Shown here: positions 29,918 through 38,102 of the stretch, one piece after another
Layout of the letters: the number at the start of each line of letters is the position of its first letter
Position numbering within the stretch: the first letter of the stretch is position 1
Assembly: GCA_042216345.1 (NCBI GenBank)
Contig: JBDGUA010000014.1
Location: 256-64,255 of the forward strand
DNA from: Haloferacaceae archaeon
GTDB taxonomy: Archaea > Halobacteriota > Halobacteria > Halobacteriales > Haloferacaceae
DNA length: 64,000 bases
Reading direction: 5' to 3'
Notes under the pieces: generated by a model
What the model was told of the DNA's origin: nothing
Seen by the model: the letters and a program-made list of their open reading frames with translations, nothing else
Database searches by the model: none
Translations under genes and position numbers: made by a program

Positions 29918-30037
29918 GCGCGCGATCCACCGTTCTGCTGTTCCTGCTGCGTCCACTGAACCGGCCGACAGCGTGCCGGTCGCCACTCCGGTGGATCGGA
30001 GAAAGCACTTACCCGTCGGAGTTCACCTTCGACGCAG

Positions 30038-31237
30038 ATGGCCCTCCACACGCGACGACAGCTCCTCCGATCCGGCGCCGTCGCCGGCACCGCGATCCTC
30101 GCCGGCTGCGTCTTCGGTTTCGGCGGGGAGACCGAGTGCGAGACGGGGCGGACGGTCCACCAGGCGGACGCGACGCTCCCGCCCGACGCGGCGTGGCCGA
30201 CCTACCGCCACGACGATGGCAACACCGGCTACGCGCCCGAGGCGAGCGGTCCCGGTGGGGGCGACGTCGGGGTCGCCTGGCGATACAGCGCCTGTACGGA
30301 GGCCGAATCCGGCGTCGCGGTCCGCGACGGGCACACCGCCGCCGGCGGCCTCGTGGTCGACGCCCGGACCGGCGAGGCCGCCGGCGGCGAGTGGCACGGC
30401 CACATGCGCACGCCCACCTTCGAAGGCGGGACCCTCTACGTGAGTACGCACGACCTCGAAGCCAGGGACGCGGGCGGCGGCACCGTCGAGTGGACCTTCC
30501 AGACTGACGTCGACGCGGGCGCGCTCCCGGCGCCGACGGTCGCCGGCGGCACCGTCTACGTCCCCGGCAGCATCGACGACCCACAGGTCTACGCCGTCCG
30601 CGCCGACGACGGCACCGAACGCTGGCGCTACCGGACCCCCGGCGACGTCGGGGCCCCGGTGGCCGTCCACGACGGCACCGTCTTCGTCGTCGACGACGCC
30701 GGCACCCTGACGGCGCTCGCCGCCGCCGACGGCGACCTCCGCTGGACCCGCTCGCTGGGCGTCGACTCGCCGGGAGTCGTCCCGGTCGCGGTCGACGGTC
30801 GGCTCTACCTCGGCTCGAGCGAGGGCGTCCAGGCCCGCCGCGCCGACGACGGCGCGGTCGTCTGGACCCGGAACGACCTCGGGGGCTCGCTCGCCGTCGG
30901 CGACGACACCGTCTTCGTCGCCGGGCGGGAGGCGGTCACGGCGCTCGACGCCGCCGAGGGCACCGAACGCTGGCGCAACGACGCGCTCGAGGTCGACCCG
31001 GGAGCCCCGGCGGTCGGCCGCGAGGCGGTCTACCTCGGCGACGCCGGCCGGAGCGACGACTCGCCGGTCGTCGCGCTCGACCGGGCGACGGGGGAGGAGC
31101 GCTGGCGGGTCGCCACCCGGTCGGTCTTCTTCGGCGACTACACGCGCGCCGGCGTCGTCGGCGTCGCCGTCGCTGGCGCGGTCGTCTACGCGGCCACGGC
31201 ACCAGGGGACCTCTACGCGTTCGCGTCGCAGGGGTGA
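30038..31237 (+). CDS. PQQ-like beta-propeller repeat lipoprotein (Tat signal plus lipobox)
   Basis: RRQLLRSGAVAGTAILAGC, then repeated blades (GTLYVST, GTVYVPG, GTVFVVD, GRLYLGS, VFVAG, VYLGD, VVYAAT). Confidence 0.75.
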   Translation: MALHTRRQLLRSGAVAGTAILAGCVFGFGGETECETGRTVHQADATLPPDAAWPTYRHDDGNTGYAPEASGPGGGDVGVAWRYSACTEAESGVAVRDGHTAAGGLVVDARTGEAAGGEWHGHMRTPTFEGGTLYVSTHDLEARDAGGGTVEWTFQTDVDAGALPAPTVAGGTVYVPGSIDDPQVYAVRADDGTERWRYRTPGDVGAPVAVHDGTVFVVDDAGTLTALAAADGDLRWTRSLGVDSPGVVPVAVDGRLYLGSSEGVQARRADDGAVVWTRNDLGGSLAVGDDTVFVAGREAVTALDAAEGTERWRNDALEVDPGAPAVGREAVYLGDAGRSDDSPVVALDRATGEERWRVATRSVFFGDYTRAGVVGVAVAGAVVYAATAPGDLYAFASQG

Positions 31238-31275
31238 CCCCCGGGGGCGCGGCGTCCGCGCCGCCGCACCGCCGC

Positions 31276-32229
31276 TCAGATCACCTGGTTCTCCAGTCCC
31301 TCGAACGCGCCGGTCTCCGCGGCGATCTCGAGGTTCCGCTCGAGGATGTCGGCCATGCGCTCCCAGTACTTCGGCGTGTGGCCGGCGTTGTGCGGCGTGA
31401 GCAGGACGTTGTCGAAGCCCCACAGCGGGTGGTCCGCCGGGAGGGGTTCGGGGTCGGTCACGTCCAGGGCGGCCCCGCGGATCGCGTTGCGCCGGAGCGC
31501 CGAGACGAGCGCGTCGGTGTCGACGATCGGCCCCCGGCCGACGTTGACGAGCACCGATTCGGGGGCCATCGTCCGGAAGACCTGGGAGTCGAACAGCCCC
31601 TCGGTGGCGTCCGAGAGCGGCGCCGCGACGGCGACGTAGTCGGCGTCCGCGACGGCCTCGTGGATCCCCTCGAAGCCGTACACCTCGTCGGTCGGCCCGC
31701 CCTTCTCGGGGGTGTAGCGCACCCCGACCGTGTGGACGTCGAACGGCTCCAGGCGGTCGACGACCGCCTGTCCGATGGCGCCCAGGCCGACGACCGTGAC
31801 GGTGCTGCCGGCGAGTTCCCGGGTCGGGAACGAGCGCCACTCGCGGCGCTCGCGGCGGCGGAAGGCGGTGTGGAAGTCCCGCGAGAACGAGAGGATCGCG
31901 CCGAGGACGTGCTCGGCGATGTTCGGCCCGTGGACGCCCGAGGCGTTGGTGACGGCGACGCCGTGCTCGGCCAGCGCGTCCATCGGGAGGTGGCCCGTGC
32001 CGGCGTAGATGCAGGCGAACAGGTCGAGGTCGGTCTCGGCCAGCATCTCGGGGTCGACGGTGAACCCCGTCGCGACGGAGACCCGCGAGAGCAGGTCGCG
32101 CTCCTCGGTGGGCGTCCGCGCGAGCGCGACCTCGTGGTCCGGGAGCCGTTCGCGGAGCGTCTCGGCGTACTCCTCGGCCGAGAGGCCGTGGATCTTCTGG
32201 CGCAGGACGGCGACGTCGGGGTCGGACAT
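31276..32229 (-). CDS. D-isomer-specific 2-hydroxyacid dehydrogenase
   Basis: ATG 32229. VVGLGAIGQAVV (NAD site), GRGPIVD, LTPHNAG. Confidence 0.85.
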   Translation of the reverse strand: MSDPDVAVLRQKIHGLSAEEYAETLRERLPDHEVALARTPTEERDLLSRVSVATGFTVDPEMLAETDLDLFACIYAGTGHLPMDALAEHGVAVTNASGVHGPNIAEHVLGAILSFSRDFHTAFRRRERREWRSFPTRELAGSTVTVVGLGAIGQAVVDRLEPFDVHTVGVRYTPEKGGPTDEVYGFEGIHEAVADADYVAVAAPLSDATEGLFDSQVFRTMAPESVLVNVGRGPIVDTDALVSALRRNAIRGAALDVTDPEPLPADHPLWGFDNVLLTPHNAGHTPKYWERMADILERNLEIAAETGAFEGLENQVI

Positions 32230-32343
32230 GGCCCTCGATTCGCGGGGCGGACACTTCATTCCCCACGGAGGCGCCGCGCCGAGGACACTTCATACCCCCC
32301 GGAGGCGTGGCGTCGCGGACCCGGGCGGGTGCCGGCCCGCGGC

Positions 32344-32817
32344 CTACTCCGTCGCCGGGGTCGGTTCGGCGTCGAGGGACTCGGCGACGCCAGCGTCGTC
32401 CTTGCCGGCGTCGAGACCGTCGGACCCCTCGTCAGCGGAGGGTCCGCCGGTCGGGGCCAGCCGATCCAGGTGGGTGTCACCGAACGCGGTCGGGTACTTC
32501 AGCCCGTAGCCCAGCGCGCGGTCGACGCCGACGTGGCCGGCCCAGATCACCGCGAGCAGGACCGCCGGCGGCGATCCCAGCAGGCTCCCCACCGCGGCGA
32601 GCAGGAGCGGGGCGACGTAAGTGTCGACGGCGTTGTACGTCCGGGCGCCGACGCGGGGACCGGCGAGGTAGCCGACCATCGAGAGGTCCGGCGCGAACGC
32701 CAGCAGCAGGACCGCCCACGCGGGAACCGTGGCGAGACCGTCGAGTCGGAGGAAGAGGGCGACGGCCACCGCGGCGACCGCCAGCCCCTCGGCACGGAGT
32801 AGGAGACGTGGATGCAC
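32344..32817 (-). CDS. DUF4260-like membrane protein
   Basis: LLRAEGLAVAAVAV...FAPDLSMVGYLAGPRVGARTYNAVDTY...GHVGVDRALGYGLKY. Confidence 0.65.
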   Translation of the reverse strand: MHPRLLLRAEGLAVAAVAVALFLRLDGLATVPAWAVLLLAFAPDLSMVGYLAGPRVGARTYNAVDTYVAPLLLAAVGSLLGSPPAVLLAVIWAGHVGVDRALGYGLKYPTAFGDTHLDRLAPTGGPSADEGSDGLDAGKDDAGVAESLDAEPTPATE

Positions 32818-32877
32818 GCCTCTCAGAGGCGTCCGGTGGACAAAAAGGAGACGAGTCGACGTCGACGCCCGGTCCCC

Positions 32878-33282
32878 TCACTCGACGTGGGCCGTGACGA
32901 CCTCGCAGTCGAGCTTCTCGCGGAGGAACGACTCGATGTCGGGGTCGCTGACGAACCGGCGGAGGGCGCGGCGCCAGCGTGGCGCCTGCTTCGAGCCGAT
33001 GACGACGACGTCGGCGCCTTCGGCGGCGACCTCCTCCAGGATGGTCTCCTCGACGATGAACCCCTTGCGGACGACGTAGCGGGCCCACGCCATCGGGCGG
33101 AACTCGCGCTCGACCGCCCGCTTGAGGTCCGTCCGGGAGACGTGGTGGCTGTCCTGGTAGAGGTCCACGTGCAGCACCGTCAGCGAGGCGTCGCGCTCCT
33201 CGGCGATGCGGATCGCCTCCGCGAGCGTCGCCTTCGAGTGACTCGACAGCGGGTACCGGACCGGCACGACGACCAGCGTCAT
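32878..33282 (-). CDS. Universal stress protein-like protein
   Basis: Alpha/beta USP-like pattern: LVVVPVRYPLS ... DVVVIGS. Confidence 0.65.
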   Translation of the reverse strand: MTLVVVPVRYPLSSHSKATLAEAIRIAEERDASLTVLHVDLYQDSHHVSRTDLKRAVEREFRPMAWARYVVRKGFIVEETILEEVAAEGADVVVIGSKQAPRWRRALRRFVSDPDIESFLREKLDCEVVTAHVE

Positions 33283-33380
33283 TCACTCGACAGTCCGGCC
33301 CGCGCGTGCCTCAAGCTTTTCATGTGGCCACGGAGGACCCCGTCGATCGCGCCCGTCGATCGCGCCGCGCGCCCCGACCG

Positions 33381-34754
33381 CTACGGCGACGAGCGCCGAA
33401 TGCGCCCCTGGACCTCGACGTCGAGGCCGTGCTCGCGGGCGTACGCCGCCAGGACGTCGTGCTGGATGCCGCCCTCGTCCACCCGGTGGCGCGGCTCCAG
33501 GGCGGGGAACTCCCGGTCGGTGTGCAGCAGGAACTCGGAGGTGGCGACCGAGTAGGTCGCGCCGGCGACGATCGGCTCGCCGCCGACGCGGGCCGCCTCG
33601 AGGTCCCCGCGCTCGTCGTCCCAGACGATCTCCGCGCCGCTGACGTGGCCGTGCCACCACCCGGGCTCGCCGAAGTCGACGGCTGGCCCCGCGGCCTGTC
33701 GGAACGCCTCCAGCAGTTGCGCGCCGGTCAGTTCGATCTCGACGACGTGTTCCTCGAAGGGCAGGACGCTGATCAGGTCCGCGAGGCTCACCTCGCCGGC
33801 GAGCGGCGGGCCGGTCCGGATGCCGCCGCTGTTGAGCAGCGCCACGTCGGCGCCGACGTCCCAGCGGTAGGCGTCGGCGACGAGGTTGCCGATGCGGCTC
33901 TCGCCGCCGAAGACAGACGCCTCGTCGCGCACCAGGGGCGTCTCGGCGACGCCGACGGTCTCGTCCAGCCCCGCGGCCTCGACGCGACCGGTCAGGGCCG
34001 ACACCAGATCCGGATCGGGGTCGGCGTCGGCCGGGTCGTGCCGGACCGCCTCGGGGTCGCCGTCGCCGAGGTGGACCTCCCAGACCGCCCGCCCGTTGAC
34101 CCCGGGACGGGTGAGCAGCGTCCCGGCGACGCGCTCGCAGCGCTCGGTGTGGACGTGGCCGCCCAGGATCACGTCCACGTCGACGGCGGCGGCGAGGTCG
34201 TCGTCGCCCGCGCCGAGGTGCGAGAGCACCACCACGTGGTCGACGCCGCGGGCGCGCAGTTCCGCGAGCGCCCCCTCGACGGCGTCGATTGGATCGGTGA
34301 ACGTCAGGTCCGCGGCGTCCGGGTTGATCGCGTCGGTCGCGGGATCGGTGACGCCGACGAACCCCACCGTGGTCGTTTCGCGCCCGTCGTCGACCCGCTC
34401 GACCGTCCAGGGGACGACGCCCTCGGCGGCGGCGAAGGGTTCGTCGCCGTCGAAGACGTTGGCGCTCACCCACGTCTGCGGGGCGTCGCGGACGACCCCC
34501 CGGGTCGACGCCAGCCCCCAGTCGAAGTCGTGGTTGCCGAAGGTCTCCAGGTCGGCGCCGACCGCACGGAAGAACTCGAGGGCCTGCCGACCGCGTTCGA
34601 CCATCGAGAGCACCCCGGGGGCGGTGTCGTCGCCGGTCCCCGCGATCAGGGCGTCCGGCCCGTCCAGCGCCTGGACGAGGCCGGCGAGCCGCCCGGCGCG
34701 GACGGGGTCGTCGTAGACGTTCTCGACGTCGGAGTAGTGGAGGAGGCGGACCAT
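33381..34754 (-). CDS. Bifunctional metallophosphatase / 5'-nucleotidase
   Basis: HYSDVEN, GDDTAPG and GNHDFD metallophosphatase motifs, plus a C-terminal 5'-nucleotidase-like domain. Confidence 0.85.
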   Translation of the reverse strand: MVRLLHYSDVENVYDDPVRAGRLAGLVQALDGPDALIAGTGDDTAPGVLSMVERGRQALEFFRAVGADLETFGNHDFDWGLASTRGVVRDAPQTWVSANVFDGDEPFAAAEGVVPWTVERVDDGRETTTVGFVGVTDPATDAINPDAADLTFTDPIDAVEGALAELRARGVDHVVVLSHLGAGDDDLAAAVDVDVILGGHVHTERCERVAGTLLTRPGVNGRAVWEVHLGDGDPEAVRHDPADADPDPDLVSALTGRVEAAGLDETVGVAETPLVRDEASVFGGESRIGNLVADAYRWDVGADVALLNSGGIRTGPPLAGEVSLADLISVLPFEEHVVEIELTGAQLLEAFRQAAGPAVDFGEPGWWHGHVSGAEIVWDDERGDLEAARVGGEPIVAGATYSVATSEFLLHTDREFPALEPRHRVDEGGIQHDVLAAYAREHGLDVEVQGRIRRSSP

Positions 34755-34773
34755 CGTTGGGTGGCGGCCGCGC

Positions 34774-35787
34774 TCAGAGGATCACGCGCTCGACGTCGTT
34801 CATCCCCGCGCGGCGGACTACGGCCCGGACTACGTCGCGAGCGCCCGAGAGGTTGTCGGTGTCGCCGTCGAGGACCAGCAGTTTGCCGGGACGGCCCTCC
34901 TCGATCAGCCCGCAGTCGAGGCCGGCGATCTCCGCGCCGTTGACCGTCGCCATCCGGAGGACCTCCCTGGCGGTCACGTCGCCGAGCTTGCAGGCGAACT
35001 CCATCTCGCGGAACATCGAGGGGCTGTTGAGCATCACGTTGTCGGTCCCGAGGGCGACGGTCGTGCGGTCGACCCACTCGCGCATCGGCGGGACCCCGAC
35101 GTTCGTCACCAGGTTCGAGCGCGGGCAGACGACGATGGGGATGGCGCTGTCGGCGACGCGCTCGTAGTGGATGGGCTCGGGGTGGACCATGTGGACCAGG
35201 AAGTCCGGGTCCAGGTCCAGCGCCGGGTTGATGTCGTCGGGATCGCGCTCGCCGGCGTGGATGCCGAACAGTTTGCCGGCCCGGCGGGTGGCGTTGCGCT
35301 CGGCGGCGAAGTCGGCGTCGCGGGCGCCGGAGGCGCCGAAGCCGTCGGCGGCCTCCATCGCCGCGACGGTCTCCCGGCCGAGGACGACGCCCTCGATGTC
35401 CCGACCGGCCAGCGCCGCGCGGATCATCTCGACGCCCTCGACGCCGCCCTCGCGGAACTCGAGGAACCCCGCGGTGCCGCCGGCCTCCATCATCCGGAGC
35501 GATCGCCGCATCGCCTCGACCTTCGCCTCGTAGCTGGACCGCCGGAGGATGCGGTGTTTCAGCCCGTCGGGCGGCGCCACCAGTTCGTCCAGGTCCAGCC
35601 CGGCGCCGGCCTCCTTCGCGATCGAGTCGCCGATGTGCGTGTGGGCGTTGACGAACGCCGGGACGACGATGGAACTCGAGTCGGTCTCGGTCTCCTCGAC
35701 GGCGGTGATCTCGCCGTCCTCGACGACGACCCGTCCCTCGATCGGTTCGAACTCCCGCCCGCGCAACACGGTTCCCTCGATCTGCAT
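34774..35787 (-). CDS. Amidohydrolase family protein (chlorohydrolase/deaminase-like)
   Basis: ATG 35787 (MQIEGTVLRG). Metal-binding motif PAFVNAHTHIGDS. Confidence 0.8.
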   Translation of the reverse strand: MQIEGTVLRGREFEPIEGRVVVEDGEITAVEETETDSSSIVVPAFVNAHTHIGDSIAKEAGAGLDLDELVAPPDGLKHRILRRSSYEAKVEAMRRSLRMMEAGGTAGFLEFREGGVEGVEMIRAALAGRDIEGVVLGRETVAAMEAADGFGASGARDADFAAERNATRRAGKLFGIHAGERDPDDINPALDLDPDFLVHMVHPEPIHYERVADSAIPIVVCPRSNLVTNVGVPPMREWVDRTTVALGTDNVMLNSPSMFREMEFACKLGDVTAREVLRMATVNGAEIAGLDCGLIEEGRPGKLLVLDGDTDNLSGARDVVRAVVRRAGMNDVERVIL

Positions 35788-35826
35788 CTGTGGCCGGTGA
35801 TTGGCCGGGACGGCCTTGAAGGTAGA

Positions 35827-35920
35827 GGCTCCGGGGTCGTCGACGGACGGTGCTCCCGGGTCGCCGACGGACGCGGATCCGAGGTCGCAGACGGTCGGGC
35901 CCCCGAAGCCGTCGCGGGCT
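35827..35920. repeat. Degenerate ~24-bp tandem repeat x 4 between the HD gene stop and the amidohydrolase start
   Basis: Units at 35827..35848, 35849..35872, 35873..35896 and 35897..35920 (GGTGCTCCCGGGTCGCCGACGGAC-like). Confidence 0.65.
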
Positions 35921-35953
35921 GCCACCCCGCGATGAGCGCCGCCGCCCCGGGCG

Positions 35954-37177
35954 TCACTCGAACTCGTCCAGCGTCGTGTGCAGCGTCGTCCGACTGTCCG
36001 AGACCAGCGCGCCGTCGATCTCCAGCCCCAGCACCGAGACCGCGGCGGCGCCGACGCGGTCGGTCAGGCCCGCCGGCGCGTAGACCCCGAGGCGCCACTG
36101 GTTTCGCTGGGCGGTCCGCAGCGCCGACACCAGCGGCGACTGCTCGTTCAGCGGGCGGATCTCCCCGCCGACGACGACCCGGGACGTGGACTCCTTGATC
36201 TCGGGCTCGGGGGGGACGTCCAGGATCACCTGCTCGGGATCGACGTCGGCCTCGGCGGCGACGTCGGCCTTCAGCGCCGCCAGCTCGCCCCGGTCGGTCG
36301 CCAGCAGCGCCTCGGGGACGTCCCGGATCTCGGCCCAGACGGCCCGCTTGTAGAGGTCGCGCTCGGCCAGTCGCTCGGCGTAGCCGTCCGTGCTCCGGGT
36401 CCGTCGCAGCGCCACCAGCAGGTCGTGGTCGTCCATCCGGCGCAGTCGCTCCGGCGTGACGTCGGGCTCGTCCAGCAGTCGCTCGGTCGCCGTGCGGAGC
36501 ATCGCCTTGCTGATGCGGGCGACGTGGTGGTTGTAGACGGTCGGGTTCATCAGCGCGCGGGCGAGCAGCAGGCTCTCGGCGGTCTCGACGTTCCCCTCCG
36601 CGAGGACCAGTTCGCCGTCGACGAACGTCAGCTCGCGGATCAGGCGCTCGTGGTCGATGGTGCCGTAGGGGACGCCCGTGTGGTGGGCGTCGCGCACGAG
36701 GTAGTCCATGCGGTCGACGTCCAGTTCCCCGGAGACGAGCTGGCCGTACTGGCCCTCGCCGGCGACGAGGCCGGCCACGCGGTCGGGGTCGAGGCCGTGC
36801 TCGTCGAGCACCTCGCCGACCCGGCCCGAGTTCAGGAGGTCGTCGACGTCGTCGTGGTACCGGCCCGTGTGGCGGTGGATCACGTCCTCGACGTTGTGGC
36901 TGAAGGGGGGGTGCCCCACGTCGTGCAGGAGGGCGGCGGCGCGGACGTGGGCGGCCTGGGACCCCTCCAGGCCCAGGTGGGAGAGCGCCCGGTCGGCCAG
37001 GTGGTAGACGCCGAGGCTGTGCTCGAAGCGGGTGTGGTTGGCGGAGGGGTAGACGAACTGGACGGTGCCGAGCTGCTTGATGTGGCGCAGCCGCTGGACG
37101 GCGGGGGTGTCCAGCAGGTCGGCGGCGACGCCCCCGACCTCGATGTGGTCGTGGACGCTGTCCTTGATCGTGACCAT
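35954..37177 (-). CDS. HD domain phosphohydrolase (dNTP triphosphohydrolase-like)
   Basis: RFEHSLGVYHL, LLHDVGHPPFSH. ATG 37177 lies 27 nt from a TTTTTAT box. Confidence 0.85.
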   Translation of the reverse strand: MVTIKDSVHDHIEVGGVAADLLDTPAVQRLRHIKQLGTVQFVYPSANHTRFEHSLGVYHLADRALSHLGLEGSQAAHVRAAALLHDVGHPPFSHNVEDVIHRHTGRYHDDVDDLLNSGRVGEVLDEHGLDPDRVAGLVAGEGQYGQLVSGELDVDRMDYLVRDAHHTGVPYGTIDHERLIRELTFVDGELVLAEGNVETAESLLLARALMNPTVYNHHVARISKAMLRTATERLLDEPDVTPERLRRMDDHDLLVALRRTRSTDGYAERLAERDLYKRAVWAEIRDVPEALLATDRGELAALKADVAAEADVDPEQVILDVPPEPEIKESTSRVVVGGEIRPLNEQSPLVSALRTAQRNQWRLGVYAPAGLTDRVGAAAVSVLGLEIDGALVSDSRTTLHTTLDEFE

Positions 37178-37199
37178 ACCCGCCGTTGGGGCGGTATCC

Positions 37200-37208
37200 G
37201 ATAAAAAG
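37200..37208 (-). promoter_or_regulatory. TATA-box-like element (minus strand CTTTTTATC) about 27 nt upstream of HD gene ATG 37177
   Basis: AT-rich element and spacing. Confidence 0.5.
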
Positions 37209-37321
37209 GCGCGGCGCGAGCCGGACCGCTGGTTGCCACCGTCCCGCGCCGCCGACGGCCACCGCCTTCAGTCCCAGACAACGGCCACGCAGCATTTCAC
37301 TGGCGGGTCCGTGGCGAGTTC

Positions 37322-38065
37322 ATGGACTACCACCGCGCGCCCGTCGCTGTCGGCGTCGTCGCCCTGGTCGTCGTGGCCGCGCTGGCCGGCTGTCTGGGCG
37401 CCGGGGCGCCGTACGAGGGGTCGCCGCCCCCCGAGCAGATCGAACAGCGCCACGTCGACGCCCTCCGCGGGGCGGGGAGTTTCACCTACCGCGCCCGGCT
37501 CGACGCGAACGCGTCGGTCGCCCAGTTCTCGACGAACGTCACCGCGGCGGTCCAGTACGACCCGGCGTCGCGGCTCGTCGAGGTGAACACTTCCCAGGCG
37601 TCGGAGTCGCGGTACGTCCCCCCGGAGGGGCCGGCCTACGGGCGGGTCGTCGCCGGCGACAGCGTCACCTACCGCCGCCTCGACGCCGCCTCGATCCAGA
37701 ACGTGAGCCGGTACGAGCGTCCGTCCCTCTCGAACCTGACCCGCGCCTACGACTTCGAGCGCGCGGGCACGGCGACCGTGGACGGCGAGAAGACCTGGGT
37801 CTACCGCGCGAACGCGACCACGCTGAACGAGTCGGCGGTCGGCCCCGTCGGCGAGGCGGCCTCCCAACTCGAGAACGTGCACACGACGATCCGGCTGTAC
37901 GTCCGTTCGGACGGCCTCGTGAAGCGGCTGCAGTACCGGGTCGACGCGACCGTGATGGGCCGGGACCTCTCGCTGACCTACCGGGTGACCTACACGGACG
38001 TGGGATCGACGGCCGTGACCGCCCCGGACTGGCTCGACGAGGCGAAGGACCTCGCCGGCGTCTGA
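37322..38065 (+). CDS. Hypothetical secreted lipoprotein
   Basis: Signal peptide plus lipobox VVAALAGC. No family recognised. Confidence 0.6.
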   Translation: MDYHRAPVAVGVVALVVVAALAGCLGAGAPYEGSPPPEQIEQRHVDALRGAGSFTYRARLDANASVAQFSTNVTAAVQYDPASRLVEVNTSQASESRYVPPEGPAYGRVVAGDSVTYRRLDAASIQNVSRYERPSLSNLTRAYDFERAGTATVDGEKTWVYRANATTLNESAVGPVGEAASQLENVHTTIRLYVRSDGLVKRLQYRVDATVMGRDLSLTYRVTYTDVGSTAVTAPDWLDEAKDLAGV

Positions 38066-38102
38066 TTTCGCTGGGGGGACGTCGGGCGACCGAGCGGTCG
38101 CG

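Noticed and set aside
29924-29997. A 10-bp inverted repeat (CGATCCACCG ... CGGTGGATCG) 3' of asd as a riboswitch or small RNA
   Set aside because: It is a single long-range stem with a 53-nt interior and no further recognisable structure. It is most simply a terminator-region hairpin, and without covariation data it is not worth more than a note.
35788-35925. An N-terminal extension of the amidohydrolase (ORF start at 35925)
   Set aside because: The extra 46 residues are encoded by the degenerate 24-bp tandem repeat (SASVGDPG / APSVDDPG ...). MQIEGTVLRG at ATG 35787 looks like a normal amidohydrolase start.
33381-37177. The co-linear HD phosphohydrolase, amidohydrolase/deaminase-like and 5'-nucleotidase genes as a nucleotide-depletion antiviral defence module
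   Set aside because: Each gene looks like an ordinary conserved housekeeping enzyme. The gaps between them are 19 and 166 nt, and the HD gene at least has its own TATA-like box. There are no sensor, nuclease, ATPase or toxin-type partners and no mobile-element context. Confirming a defence role would need a phyletic or defence-island association that I cannot compute here.
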